Source: Epiperipatus broadwayi
Taxonomy: Eukaryota > Animalia > Onychophora
Assembly (NCBI GenBank): GCA_028023455.1
Contig: JAQFVV010000003.1
Location: 2,728,001-2,792,000, forward strand
Direction of reading: 5' to 3'
DNA: 64,000 nt
This document shows, in pieces, positions 40,170 to 54,589 of this stretch. A model generated the notes under the pieces. It saw nothing but the letters and a program-made list of their open reading frames with translations. It searched no databases and was not told where the DNA came from. Positions within the stretch are counted from its first letter, which is position 1. Each line of letters starts with the position of its first letter. The position numbers were made by a program, and so were the translations under genes.

Positions 40170-40310
40170 AGATGAAGATTAGAATATATATATATATAGG
40201 AGATCATTTATCTTTTTCACATTATGTGGTCATGTGTTATCGGTTGTTTGAGATAGAGTGGATAGATGAAGGGAACTTGAAAGTCTGTGTTCTAATTTCT
40301 TATAATTACA
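40170..40310 (+). repeat. Family 2 copy lacking the HHR core
   Basis: gatgaagattagaa is joined directly to (TA)n-ggagatcatttatctttttcacattatgtggtcatg...aaagtctgtgttctaatttcttataattaca. Confidence 0.7.
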
Positions 40311-40374
40311 CCTAAACACCAAGTATATAAATATATTTGTATTTAACTCTTATATATAATAACATTTGATTAAA

Positions 40375-41670
40375 AAATGCACTAATCTCTTCTATCAATC
40401 AAACCTGACATCATCAGTGTCTCAGAAAGTCATTTGAGATAAACTTTAAACACAGCAACTCAGTTTTTATTTAACAGATTTTCAACACTGAATTTGATAT
40501 TAAAGTTTGAAATGAATTTTAATAGTCATTTAACTAAAGCCTCCTTTGTTTTGACTTAATGTTAACTGAAAAGTCAAATTTTGTAATTGAAGACATTTTT
40601 AAATAATTAAGATATAAAAACTAATTATAGAAGTTCATCGTTTGTATGTATGATAACATTAGATAAGCAATTAACTAATCTCTTGCGGAACACATATTTT
40701 TCATCAATCAAATATGACATCATTAGCTGCTTAGAAGACACCAATTCACTTTCTATTTAAATAAACTCTCAATTTTCAATTTGTTATTAAAGTTTAAACA
40801 TGAATTTTAGTGATAATTAACTAATGCTTTCTTTGTATCAGCTTAATGTTAATTGCCAAGGCAGAACTTATAATACAATTCATTTTTTAATAACCTTGTA
40901 TTAAATAAACTTTTAGATATATAAATATTAATTAATTAAATACTACTTAAATATGTTCTGTATCATTTTAATTATATTCTCTGCAGAAATTTATAGACAT
41001 TTATGCTTTTATATAGGATAATGTTTGATTATAAGCTTTTCTTATCAATTAACATTAATTTGATATAAAAGAAGCTTTAGTTAAATTATTATTAAAACTT
41101 ATATTCAATCTTTAAATAACAAATTGAGCTTTAAATAGAAATTGATTTGCCATTAAATTGGTCGTTTGAGTATTTAATTACATCAGATTTGATTGATAAA
41201 AACATGTATTCTATAAAAAGTTAGTTGATTTCTCATCAAATATTGCTATATATAAGACTCTTAATTTCTATCAATTCTTACAGAAGAAGTAATTAAAGTA
41301 GCATTAATATATCACATATATAAGTGGTGTTAAATTAATATCTATATATTTAGATATTTATTTAAAGTAAGGTTATTTAAAATGAGTTTGGAACATAAAT
41401 TTTATCTTTTCGATTAGCTCATATAAAGAAGACTAATTAAATTATTACTAAATTTAATATAAAACCTTAAAATCACTTGAGCACTGCAAATCTATTTAAA
41501 TAAAAATTGTCTTGCTGTGCTGGTCTTCCTTTGTAGATGATGACATTTGGTTTAATTGATAAAAACATGTCTTGCAAGAAGTTAGTTAGTTTTTCATCAA
41601 ACTTGTTGTATATAGGTCCATGAATTACTACAAATTTCTATAGAGAGTGCCATTAAAATACTATTAATTA
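40375..41670. repeat. Cluster of four old diverged copies of an about 200-300 bp unit (two forward, two reverse)
   Basis: aactaatctctt...atcaatcaaa..tgacatcat at about 40380 and 40673. Reverse complements (ttgataaaaacatgt..agttagtt) at about 41190 and 41555. Confidence 0.6.
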
Positions 41671-43990
41671 TCATCATCATCATTTTCAACAATTATCATT
41701 TCAATAATAGGATAAAGATATCTAAGTTTAATCCAGTTTTTTTTTATTTCTAGCCTATATTCTCAACCTCACATCAACCATCTTCCTTATTTTGTCCATC
41801 CATCTTATATACCATAACTCTTCTAGGTTTTTTACAATCTCTTGGGATCCCCTTTAAGATTTCAATTGTCCATCTATTATCATCTTTAAAACAGGCAAAA
41901 CTCTCTATATGTATTGCCACTCAGTGCAAGCCAGAATTATCAATGGATGCCAGAAGGGCTTGTGCATAAAATCCCCATCTAGTGTATCCAATATCCCCAG
42001 ACTAGTTTTTGGCTTGTGGGCTTTGTCAAAGTGCTACACCTAGATCTTAGGATCTAATGCAACCCTCCAGCAGCCACCTTCTATCTCTATGTAACTAAAA
42101 ACTATGAAACTTAAATTGAAAATACTATCATATTTTCAATCCAAACTCATCAGGTTATATAGTCATATAGGTCTGAACTCAGTACAGTACCTATATATTT
42201 TGGTGTTTTTGGTCCTTTAATAACCATAGCCATCACTATCTTATTAGGCAGGATTGGTTTTGCCTGTTTTAATAACAGTTAAGAGGAAGCATAAGAAATG
42301 GTAATCGTGATGTTTATTGGCTTATTATCATCTTTCTTAGCCATATATCCAGCCCAGTTTTACTTTAGCCTCCTAATTCTTTTAATAATGTCAATAGTAC
42401 CTGTTTATTCTTTCACACGTGTATTTCATTTTCATTTACTTCTTGTAACTTCTAACTTTTTGAATGATCTGAAGTGTCTGTATTTCTCTTCTATTAAATA
42501 TCTAAGACTTTGATTCATTAATATGAAGTGGTAAAACACATTTATTAAAAGCCTTCCCTTTTAAACACATAGATATCTTTTCTTTTAATAATAAGTTATT
42601 TCTATTAAAAACATTTCATCTAAGTTTAATTCTATGATTAATTTAATTTTTCTGTTTCCATCTGTATTAATAATCTTTTTAGTATTTATTTTTAATCCTA
42701 CTTGCTTGCTTTCGTATGATACCTCTTGAAATATATCTTGAAGTTCTGAAGCATTATTTGTAAAATCAATATCTTTTTCAAAATCTAGATGACTTAAATA
42801 ATCTTTATATACCTTTACTTACCCTTAGTTTCTCAATTCAATCCACAAAATACTTTCAAAGTTTTAGAAAAATTGAATCATCTTGTCCTACACACTTCTC
42901 AATATTAATCATTAATTTTGCTTAATATCACTATATAATATAATCAATGTTGTTGCATTTTGATACATATTATTCAGAATATGACAGTATTATGGGTCTA
43001 TATATTGATGATCCTATGCTTTAATCATTATAGAAATGCTTCTAGTATCAAATGCTTTTTCATAATCTACATATTCAAAGTTTAATGGCAATTCATATTC
43101 TTTGGTTCTTTCTAAAATGTTCTCTAATACTTAGATGTGACCCACTGTGCTAAAACCATTTTTAAACCCAGGTGATTAGTTTACTGTAGACAAATTGCAA
43201 TTATCTTTGAAAAAAAATTATATAAGACTAAAAAAAGACTAATTGGTCTGTATTTTTTATAATATTTGTTTATCATATTTTTTACATATTAACATTACTA
43301 CTGAATTCTGCCAATCATCTACTACATCTGCATTTGCTTAGATATTTAATATATAACTTTGTCAAGGATTTTTCTAGACATTGAATATAACTCCATCATT
43401 ACCTTGAATTTATCTTCTGTTCATAGATTTAATTGCATATCTCACTTCAAAAAATTGCAATGATTATAGTAGAAATTTTATTATCTTCCTATTGATTTCA
43501 TTCAAATCAAAACCATCTTCAAAATCAATTAATAATTTTTAAATGCTTTGCAAGTTTTGATTTAAATTCAATGGAATGTTTCTGAAGATTAAGAATATCA
43601 ACTTTAAATACTATTTTTCATAACAATTTTTGTCTCTCTAGTTTTGCACAAACATCTATCTTACAGCTTATCAATCGACAATTACATTCTGTATTGAATT
43701 TAATAAGAACATTGCAATTTTGAAATTGTATATTTTTTATTAATTAAAGTATAATCCAATTCTGCTGTATGTTCACTTGTATGCTTCCATGTACTTTCCA
43801 GTTAGCATTTTTTCTCAAAGAAAAAGTTCATAATATATAGTTTTGCTTTTTCTGAAAACATTGCTCTCATATCTATCACCACAACCAAATTTACCCCCAG
43901 CACTTTCATCTTTTAATCATTTACCAAATCTAGCAATAAAGACTCCCATGACAATTTTAAAATGTTGTTTAGTTTGATGAAAAGCCTTTT
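41670..43990 (-). mobile_element. Near full-length decayed RTE LINE (APE endonuclease + RT), interrupted by an insertion
   Basis: Minus strand: IVMGVFIARFG, GKFGCGDRYE, YIMNFFF, ELDYTL, GFKNGFSTVGHI, YVDYEKAFD, RRLK*NWAGY, DNRWT; (ATG)n tail at about 41670-41685. Confidence 0.85.
41888..42322 (-). mobile_element. 435-bp insertion into the RTE with a 13-bp TSD
   Basis: tattatcatcttt at 41875-41887 and 42323-42335; internal 14-bp inverted repeat aaaacaggcaaaac (41888-41901 / 42257-42270). Confidence 0.6.
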
Positions 43991-44487
43991 GGGCATATAT
44001 TTAAAAATTCTCTATTTCTTTATCACAATGAGAACTTGTTTTACATATTACAGGGGTATTTAATTAATTAATATGTATGTAGTATGTGTCAATGCTTAGA
44101 TATGTATGTGTATAGGTAAGAAAAATCAGACCTTTAATAATCCACTTCATGCAAATATCTGCAGTAGATCCTCACAAAGAAATAAGACAAGCATTATTAT
44201 CAGGATTGACCAATAACTGAGACATCTTTTTTACTAATGCACTAATAATTTTAAGTGCAGTTTGTTCGTTGTCAGTGTTCATTGAACAAATACAAATTTC
44301 CTGAAGATCTTTATTTTCCAACAAATAAACAAGATACATCTATATTATTAATATTGGATGACTGCTTGATTTAGTCTTCGAACAGATATCTGAAAGAAAA
44401 ATCATAAACCTGCTATATATATTGTAACAATGAGTATATATACACGGTACCTAAGTATGTGTCTATATATGAGTTACATGATATTAT

Positions 44488-45323
44488 TAAATATATCAAA
44501 TTTAAGCGTAAACAGATAATATTATAATAACGTGAAAGCTAAACACCTTCAAACAGATACCCTTTAAACATGCTTATGTGACAGCCAATCAGATGGAATA
44601 ATGACATCACATGGGACTCTAAATTCTAAAACCCAAGCAGAACTATTAGAAAAAGATGGGACCCATCTTAATCTATGCCTCAATTTTATTTAAATAAGCC
44701 AGACTCAAGCATTTTGAACTAAGAGTGTGAAGCTTAAATACCTTCACATTTAATCCACTAAATATTATATATATAAATTATTTAAATAAAATTGAGGCAT
44801 AGATTAAGATGGGTCCCATCTTTTTCTAATAGTTCTGGCTTGTGTTTTAGAATTTAGAGTCCCATGTGATGTCATTATTCCATCTGATTGGCTGTCATAT
44901 AAGCATGTTTAAAGCGTATCTGTTTGAAGGTGTTTAGCTTTCACATTATTATAATATTATCTGTTTATGCTTAAATTTGATATATTTAGATTTATTAATA
45001 TTATTTCATTAGATTTAAGAATATTGCTTCATTGTAAATCGGATGATTTTGCGTTGTTAATTTATATATATAATATTTAGTGGATTAAATGTGAAGGTAT
45101 TTAAGCTTCACACTCTTAGTTCAAAATGCTTGAGTCTGGCTTATTTAAATAAAGTTGAGGCATAGATTAAGATGGGTCCCATCTTTTTCTAATAGTTCTG
45201 GCTTGTGTTTTAAAATTTAGAGTCCCATGTGATGTCATTATTCCATCTGATTGGCTGTCACGTAAGCATGTTTAAAGCGTATCTGTTTGAAGGTGTTTAG
45301 CTTTCATGTTATTATGATATTAT
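44488..45323. repeat. Young three-copy structure: unit A (+), truncated A (-), spacer, A (-)
   Basis: 44488-44697 and 44778-44988 are near-identical inverted arms. 45058-45323 is a near-identical reverse complement of 44516-44780. Confidence 0.95.
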
Positions 45324-48300
45324 TAATAAAATAGAAAAATTATTTCAATATTTTATTGTTCAGAAAAAACTTGAAATAAAAAGAAAGTAAAAATCTTGGG
45401 GATTAAGTTAAAATACCAATTATAACTTATCTTTCGTTTCTTTTGTGTATTAAAATTTAACAAATAATTGAAAACAAAATTGTGCAACATGTAATCGGTT
45501 TTGGGGCATAAATTACAGACTGATTAATTAACAATAATTAAACAATTTATGTGTAATCAAAAATACAAAATAAAAAAATAAAAAATTGTAACTAATTAAA
45601 AAAATAAAAATCAAATGAATTGATATCATAGGTAAGAATTTGAGCAATGAGTGGAGTCTGAGAGTATAAAAACTGCATATGCTTATTGTCAAAAAAAGAA
45701 AGTAAAAAAGAAGAACAGCAGAACAAGCAAAAAGAAAAAGGAGAAAGCCAGTTAGTTTGTCCAGAATAGTTGACCAAAGAATCTATAAACCAGCTAAAAA
45801 TGACTGAGTCCAGCAAGATGAAGCAGTCTTCATATGGTCATGCTGAGAGAAAAATACATTGTTAAACCAAAGCTGATTGTTTGTTTGTTTGTTTTCCATC
45901 ACCCATCTCCTTAACACCAATATCCAGATGCAAGAATATATCTCTGACTTGCCTTTGCCAATGTTTTTACCTGCTATGAACTAAATATATGGAACCAGAC
46001 CTTGCAGTTGTACACTGAGCCAGGAGGAAGCATCCAGATATTAATAAACCCACTAGGAATCTGATAGGATCAGAAGACAGGGGTGCTCACCCAGATACTG
46101 CATTAAGAAACATAAGTAAATATGCATAGGTATCATTAATAGAACTTCTTTTATTTCAAGTGTGAACTTTTAAATTTTGTTCTAGATAGAACTTTCAAAT
46201 ATCATTGCTAATGTTAACTTTTAACTATATGTAAATAAGCATAATTGTCAAAGTATTGTAGTTTAATAAGTGTTCATATTTGTGTTTTAAAATGTTAGCT
46301 ATTTCTTATATGTTTTTTTTTAATCTTTTAATAAATATATGTAAATTATTGATGTGGTTTAAGTTTCTCTCTCTCAATTACTGATGGGTAAATAAATAAT
46401 CTTATTTAGATGGTTTGTGTTGTGCCAATGTCATGTTTTAATAGTTAGTCAATGGTCAAGTGCTTGAAGCATATTGTCATCTCATCAGGTCCAGTCTAAG
46501 GCTGGATGGTGTCTGTAGGGTTAAAACCCATTATAAATATTGCCATGAGATGTGTGACACTTCTTGCAGTCATGGAGATTGTGTCTCAGTCTGGAAAGGT
46601 GGCTGCAGTTTGTATATTTTTTATTAAATCTCTGTCAGATGGAGGTATGATTAATATATAAGTATTGATAATATTTACTGTTCTGCTTGAATAACAGGGT
46701 CTCAAAATAAAATATTAAAGATTAATATGAACTAATAACTAAAATAAGTATAATAGCCATAAAATAAATTATAAAGGAGGGTGAATCCTGTTACTATATA
46801 TATATATATAGCTGGTTTCATTTAAAAGCAACTGTTTAATTGGGTTTTAACATAATTTTCAATTTATATTTTTAATATTATATGAACGGACCAGCCCTTC
46901 AAGCAGAGGAGAGAATACCATCAATAACAGAGCTATCAATGATACCCACAGTCAGACCAAGCTATGCCAAGCATAACACGATCACATTTCCAGATCGTGA
47001 CCCACCTTGACTGCTAGATTCAAACCCCTACCATCCAAAGCATTTTATTTGTTTAAGATAAACCTCAGGTGCCAGCTAATTACATGAAGTAATTAACATG
47101 CCTGAATGGTAGGCCCATAATCCAGTGCTTGAAATATCCCATGACTAACTCACACTCCATCTCAGGAATCAACATATTTACTTAATACATAAAATAACTT
47201 CACAGTAATTTACCGGTGAGGCAGTGACAAGACAGAAAAAATAGATAAAATAACAAATAAGGCAAACATTAATATTTAATTAAACACACACATATCTAAT
47301 ATAACATAATAATATTGAAATTTACATATAAAAAACACATAAATAATTACTCAGGCTAAATTATGATAGTCCTTCATTAATTAAAGTTCATTCATTTAAA
47401 TATAAAGTGCCTATAGACAGTGATCAAAATATATTTAGTTATTTAAAGTATCTTTACCTAGGTTTTCATTTGTGTGTATTTTCCAATGGGTTGGCCTTTT
47501 TGTTTCTCCATTGATGGCTTCATGACTAGTTTCCATTTTGTAACTCAGCATGAGGAAGAGAGAGAGAGAGAAAGAGAAAATAGCAGTAACATTTATTTTA
47601 TGATTTTGTATCAGTTTCCAGCATTTGTTTCAGGAAGAATAGTTGACTTGTGGGGATTTGAGGCATGATGCCCTGTTGGATGCATTTATGGCTTATATGG
47701 CTTTTCCATTAATGTTGACCACAGCAGCAATTGATTGGCTTACTACTGTGTTTCGGATATCTGGATCTCTGGTTTTTGGATTCTGCATCTGTCTGAACTG
47801 ATGAATAATCTAGCTCTGACTGTATATCACAAGCTAGACTATATCACAAACCAGACTATTTAATAATAGAGAGAGCAACTTTATGTACTTTTTTCTCTCC
47901 TATAGTTTTAATTTCTTATCGTTATTTTTTAATTTAGATACATTTCTGGTTATTTTAGTCTTTTGCTCAGATTCATCTAGCAATCTCAATAAGACACTTT
48001 ACAGTTTTTTAATTAATTCAACTATTAATTTTAATTTTGTTATCAATCTGAAATCTTATAATTACATAATGAAAGTTTTACAATTATTTTATTTTTATTA
48101 ATTTTTAATCTGATTTCACATTTACTTATTTTATATGTCATAAAAGTTTTCTTTACAAAGAGAGAGAGAAAAAAGTTTTTAATCTATTTTTTAATTCTAT
48201 TTAAAAGTTGTCCCCCCTCCTGCCAAGAAGTTTTATTCTAAAGAAAAATATGATGCAGTACTTTTAATTTTAATTTCATTTTTAAAAATCTTAAAACTAA

Positions 48301-48349
48301 TCATAATTTTTTTTTTTAAATTATGAAACATGTAATGCTGAATAGCGGT

Positions 48350-48352
<3 letters not shown>

Positions 48353-48387
<35 letters not shown>
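48353..48387. repeat. (TA)n microsatellite
   Basis: Pure TA run. Confidence 0.95.
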
Positions 48388-48390
<3 letters not shown>

Positions 48391-51300
48391 ACTTAAAAGG
48401 TGATCATCCATCACAGCCCCAAAAAGTTGGAGTAGCAAATTATAATCTAACCAAAAGATCCATCCATCAATCCCTTGTAAAAACCTTAAAATAAAAAAGC
48501 ACACTCTTGTTGCCCCAGTTGAGGCAGAGTACATCTACACTAACTCTTCAATTTTCAATTAATAACAAATAAAATTATAAATGTTTAATAAACTAATTTC
48601 TCAAGATTTTATAATAATCTGCTGCTCTTAAATTCTTGTTTCTTTTAATAATAAAGTCTCTACAATTAATGTTTCTTATTTCAAAACTTTAACTTAGAAT
48701 ATGTGTTAATATTATAGCTAGCAAAATTAAATAAAATGGTTAAATAATAATTTTATGTTGGGGTTAAATTAATAAATGCATGATTATAAAATATATTTAT
48801 GCATTCTCAGATACAATAGTGTGAAAGGATTTTTATGTACACTACCTTATCCAATAATGTTTCAGTTACAGGTAGCATTACTACAACAATGACGTATTTG
48901 ATCCAGCTGAGTTTTTTACAAGCAAATTTATATTTCAAATATGACCTTTAATAGAATAAATGTAAATGAAATGATGATGTTTATTAAAAAGTATGATAAA
49001 GAGAAATATTAAAAATAACAATTATTTTATTGCATAATATCAAAATCAATAACAAACAAGTAATACCAATAATAAAAATTATATAATGCATTTTAATAAA
49101 ATAATATTGTCTATTTCCTAATTAATTTGAACTCTGGATCTGTCAGTCAGTATTTTTATCATATTGTGGTGTGAAGACAGTCACATATAAAAGGAATAGG
49201 TTGTATCAAGATTTCATAAAATAATCCTCAATTTAATACTAAAGAATAGAGATTATTATAACAATACAAGTTAAATGTCTTATGAACTTTCTTAATTAGT
49301 TTATTGTACCAACCAATCAGTTATTTATAATCCTCATTTACCAATAATGAAAAAAATTTTACTCTATTAAAATAAGCAAATATAAAATCACTGCTTTGCA
49401 GACCTAAGTAATAATTTACCACAATTTTTATATTTTTGCCTTTAGATCCCTTTCTGGATTCGATTTCAGCCTTTACTTTTAAGAAGGTGTTACTTCATCA
49501 ACACAAAGTACAATTAAATCATTAGATTGCCAATTATATACAACATAATAGTAAAATTAATATTAGCAAATTTGTGTGATAGATAAAATATTCCTTATAG
49601 ATTCTCATGCCGACACAAAGATAACTCCATTTAATTTGAGGTTAAAAAAAATTAAGAACTCATAGGAATCCAAATATTGGCAAGAACCAACATTTGTACA
49701 AACCAAATCCTGAAGTATATTATATTTAATCCCATTCAATCTTAACACTAAGTATAATATTAAAGAAAATATTACCTTTTACTTGTATACTGAAATATCT
49801 GAGACAAATTTTATTTACATTTTTATAAAAAAACACTATAACATGACTGAACTAATAATGTAGAAAATATATCAAATAATCCATTTGATTTATGATGCAG
49901 TTTATTTCAATTAATATATTATCCATTTTAAAATAGCATTAAATATCAAATTTCACTTGATGTGATCGTTAATCCAAAATAAATCTATTTTATAATCGCT
50001 GATGAACCAGTAATCCATTATATTTTTATTTATTTGGAAGAATCCATAATTTATAAGTAGCATTCAAAATATTTCTTTATAATTCATTATCCTTTTAAGT
50101 ATTATTTACATATTATGCAATGGATAATCCTTCATGCAAGTATTTCAAATATTGGAAAACACATTAGTAGTTTTGTCGTAAATACTGGCAGTTTAATTCC
50201 TTAAACACATTTTATTTTTATCCAAAAATTTTGACGTTCATCACTTTTTTAATTCCAGGTATAAGATTAATCCCTTCATTTTTTGATCTTTAATCCTTTA
50301 AAGTTAACAATGATAATTGTGTCATAAAAGTAAAGTTTATTATCCAAGCAAGAGGATTTTTTTATCATTTTCTAGATCAAAATCCATTTCATTAATAAGT
50401 TTATATAAAGCATATTTAATTTCAAAAAATATTATTTAAAATTAAGTTTTCTTTTATAACTGAAGTTGAAATCAAATTTATCTTCTTGAGACAAAAAAAA
50501 ATTCTTTCATGAAGTGAATAGATCAAACATTTTTAGGTACCCATTTTTATAGTATCTTATAAGAAAATATGATCAGCAAACTTGTTCAAAATTTAGAAAT
50601 ACAATTCTAAAATTTATCAAATATTACTAATTAATATTCCATTAAAGAAAGTCCAGCAATTTATTAATAAATGGTAAAGCAATTCCATCAGTCAATTTGT
50701 CTATTGATTTCTTGAAAGAAATATTTTATAAATTGAATCAATGGTGATTTCTGGTTATTCTGTTGTGGTTTATCTTTCCTCCAGAACAATGTAAAGAAGT
50801 CAGATGCCAAACAAAAGGTACCTGCCCAGATTAGTCACTCAGTCTGCCATTATATAGTTGAAGAACAAAATGGCTATTTAAAATTTAGGATTGATTGAAG
50901 TCCAATTAGCAATGAAAATTTTTCCAGACTGTCTGATTTTCCCATGATTTCTTTATTATACTGATGATCATATGATATCTAGGTTATATAATATTCTCCA
51001 TCATGTATTGAGGTTTGTGGGTTTTTCCATAAAGGTTGCCATACTTTCTGTCATACAAAATATTAAAGTTAAGATTCTTAAAATAAAATTAGTAAAAATT
51101 TTAATTTCCCGATTTCAAGACAAAACAAGTTTCAATATTTTTCTATAAAAAAATTAAATGAATCAGAAAAATTCAAAATCTCTCAGATATTTATTCTCAC
51201 ATTTAAAATTGATCTTTAATAAATAATTTATCACTTAAATATATTTTTAATAAATCAAAATCAATCTTTGTTAAATAAAATCTAAATTGGTTAGTTTTTA

Positions 51301-51751
51301 TTATACTTAAATATGTAAGCATCTACACAGACACGCATGCACATAACATATAAAAATGTAATAACCGTTGATTTCATATATAATTGAAATACAATGTATC
51401 CTATAATCCTATTCTTTATTTTTATTTCTGAATTATTATTCTATTTCTTAATAAAATATAGCAATGCAAGCATATATATATATTCTCTTTATACAAAATT
51501 TAGAAGTTTATCTTAAAAATCAGGTTATAAAACCATTAAAAAATACTTTATACTACTATAGGTCTTATAAATATTGATATGAGAGACTATGGAAATATAA
51601 TAATGATTATATTTTATTTTATTTAATCAAATGAAAGTAATAAATACATTCACTTAACTATAAAAAGCAAATTAATCAAACTAATTAGTCTATAAAAATT
51701 TTATAATCCAAAAAGCCAAAATAGCCAATTTACAATATAACTGTAATGTTT

Positions 51752-51753
<2 letters not shown>

Positions 51754-51844
<91 letters not shown>
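51754..51844. repeat. (TA)n microsatellite
   Basis: About 90 bp of pure TA run; it produces the spurious YI-repeat ORFs. Confidence 0.97.
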
Positions 51845-51846
<2 letters not shown>

Positions 51847-52075
51847 CAAAACTACCCCAAATCCAGACCAGCATAAAAATAATATTAAAACACAACCTAA
51901 GGTTTTACTGCTACAAGCAGACTTCTCAAGTGTAAAGAACTACAAACACTACACAATATATATAATATTAAAAACTACCCACAAATCCATTCACTTCCCA
52001 TCCACCCTTAATATTAAAAGAACCCTTAAATAAGTTAATTGCTTCAGAATAATAAATTTTCAATAATAAAGACTG

Positions 52076-52169
52076 TTTAATTCTTCTTTTGATTTCATTT
52101 CTCTCAAAGAAGACAACCTTAGCTAAAGTTGTCTTCTTTGAGAGAAATGAAATCAAAAGAAGAATTAAA
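52076..52169. repeat. 94-bp loopless palindrome, one mismatch
   Basis: Symmetry centre is ag|ct at 52122/52123; the only mismatch is 52118 vs 52127. Confidence 0.95.
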
Positions 52170-52813
52170 GAGTTTCATTATAAGTTTAAATGGTGGAAAA
52201 AAAATTTCCTAATGCAAAATTTTAAACTATTTTAAATATTAAAATTATCACATTGAATTTTTAAACAGTCATATTGTGGAATATGAAATTGTCTTAAGAA
52301 GTATATTGCAGATACAAGGAAGTTTTTGCATTCATTTTGTTTCAAAATAATTGAAAGGCTTTAATGCACTGGCACTGATAAAAAGTTCAAATGCTAGAAG
52401 CATTGGAACAAAAATTAATTCAAAGACCTTATGTTCCAGCAACTGACTCTTAACCTCTTCACTACAACATGCAGGGTATTAAAAAAATTCTGATTGTTCC
52501 TCTGATGATGATTCTATTATTAGAAACTTGGGTAAAAAAAGCTTATGACATTTTCTATTGGTATAATAATAAATTGAATTTGAAAGTCACTGATTGATGG
52601 ATTTGAAGTACAAAGAAATTGCTGGTTAGATCTTTTTTGAGATAAAAAACATATAAATGTAAAAAAGAATACCATAATCCTATTAAATCACTTGATGACC
52701 CTCTTTTGTATAATAATGATGATATTTCAAATAATATAAAGAAATTAATCTTATATCTTCTCCTTTACTTTTTTTGCATTTCTCTTCATATATTCATGTA
52801 TATTTAAAAAAAA

Positions 52814-53163
<350 letters not shown>

Positions 53164-53499
53164 AAAAAATTAATATAAAAAAATATTTGAATTATCTTTT
53201 GAATAATAATATAAGAATTCAGAAGACAGCTTTTAAGAATACATTTATTCTTCTACCTATTCATTTAGATTTGAATTAAAATATCCAGGTTAATAAAGTT
53301 AAAATAACTATTTATAATGTGTAAAACAGAAGATTTTTTAGTTCTAATAGGAGATTTGGATAACTTTTTAATATTTAGTGGTGATAAATCAGCTTTAAAA
53401 CTTGAACTGTCAAATTGTGCCATCTAATATTAAATAATGCTTCCATTGTTATAATTTATAAAAATAAAATTTTAAAAATATACATTAATTATAATGAAA

Positions 53500-54050
53500 T
53501 ATCATTGATATCTACTACAGAAAAAGTACTTTCGAAGAATGCTGCCAGACAAATATAAATAGTTATCAGAAACTTAGTGGAGTTTCACTTAATCAAGAAA
53601 CACTGCAACATAATTTTTTGTTGCCAGAAAAGTGCAAAAAAAACTATCATGACCAAAGATATAATTTATATATTGCTTTTATGATTTAGTCAAGGCAATT
53701 GAATAAAAAAATTAAGAAGATTTATGCTATTACATGCAATTAGCTTGTCATTAAAGTTTGTTCTTGTTATAGAAAAAGAATAAATCAAAGCATTATTAGC
53801 ATTGATAAAAAATCCAAAGCATTGGTATTAAATAGCCATGTCTACTAATTCCAGTTTTGTTTTCTATTTTTATATAAACAAAACACTTATTTATAAGTAA
53901 GTTTTATATAAATGATTTTTTGAAACTGACTAATAATAATAAAAATTTTATTTAAAAAAATTAAAAGCATATCATCTTCTTAGATAAGAAATTTAAATTT
54001 TTTGGAAAATGTGCTATTCTTGACATTTCATTATCCTCATCAAACAGCAA
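53500..54050 (+). mobile_element. Decayed RTE (BovB-like) RT fragment
   Basis: FVARKVQ...NLYIAF.DLVKA (about 53620-53700) and HFIILIKQ (about 54025). Confidence 0.5.
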
Positions 54051-54589
54051 TTAAGCAACCCAGTGAGTACAATCATGCTTATGATTTCTCTGTAATGCAA
54101 TATAAGAGCGATCAATGCTCTATGATTTAGTATGTAAACTATCTATATATCCTGTATAGTGACTTGTGTTGATGATGATTCAATTGTTATTATTAATACT
54201 ATTAATCATCAACATCTCTTAATTATTATATGAATATCATAACTTCTGAATAATCTATCATCTGTTAAATTTTTCAGACTGCTCAAAGATACAATTACTA
54301 GCCCATCCACCTCATTTCTGGGCACCTATTTTTTCTTTCATCACTGACTTTTCTGAGCATTATAATTTTTAAATGAATTAGATCATATATTGTAATTAAA
54401 ATTAAATCATATTAATATGGTGACTTGTTCTTTAAGTGAGAGTTCGAATCTAATCTGACTAAGTATCCACTTGAACATGGACTTTGCTGTCCCTTGATAT
54501 TCTCCAAACATCTTTGTCTCTACTACAGTTCAAAATCATTATTAATTTTTTCTATTATTTTTTAGAGATTAACTTTTACATATATGGAA

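Noticed and set aside
46789-47830. LTR (TGTTAC...GTGACA) plus an aspartic-protease-like remnant on minus
   Set aside because: No TSD, PBS or PPT, and the DTG motif is absent.
49900-51050. Possible CACTA/other DNA transposase debris on minus
   Set aside because: Only vague few-residue resemblances; no termini found.
51701-52033. ORFs with long YI repeats (also 48316-48534 and 62421-62633)
   Set aside because: Artefacts of (TA)n and (CT)n microsatellites.
52502-52534. CTGATGA...GAAAC-TTGG-GTA possible HHR
   Set aside because: Weak AU/GU stem II and essentially no stem I; likely chance in AT-rich DNA.
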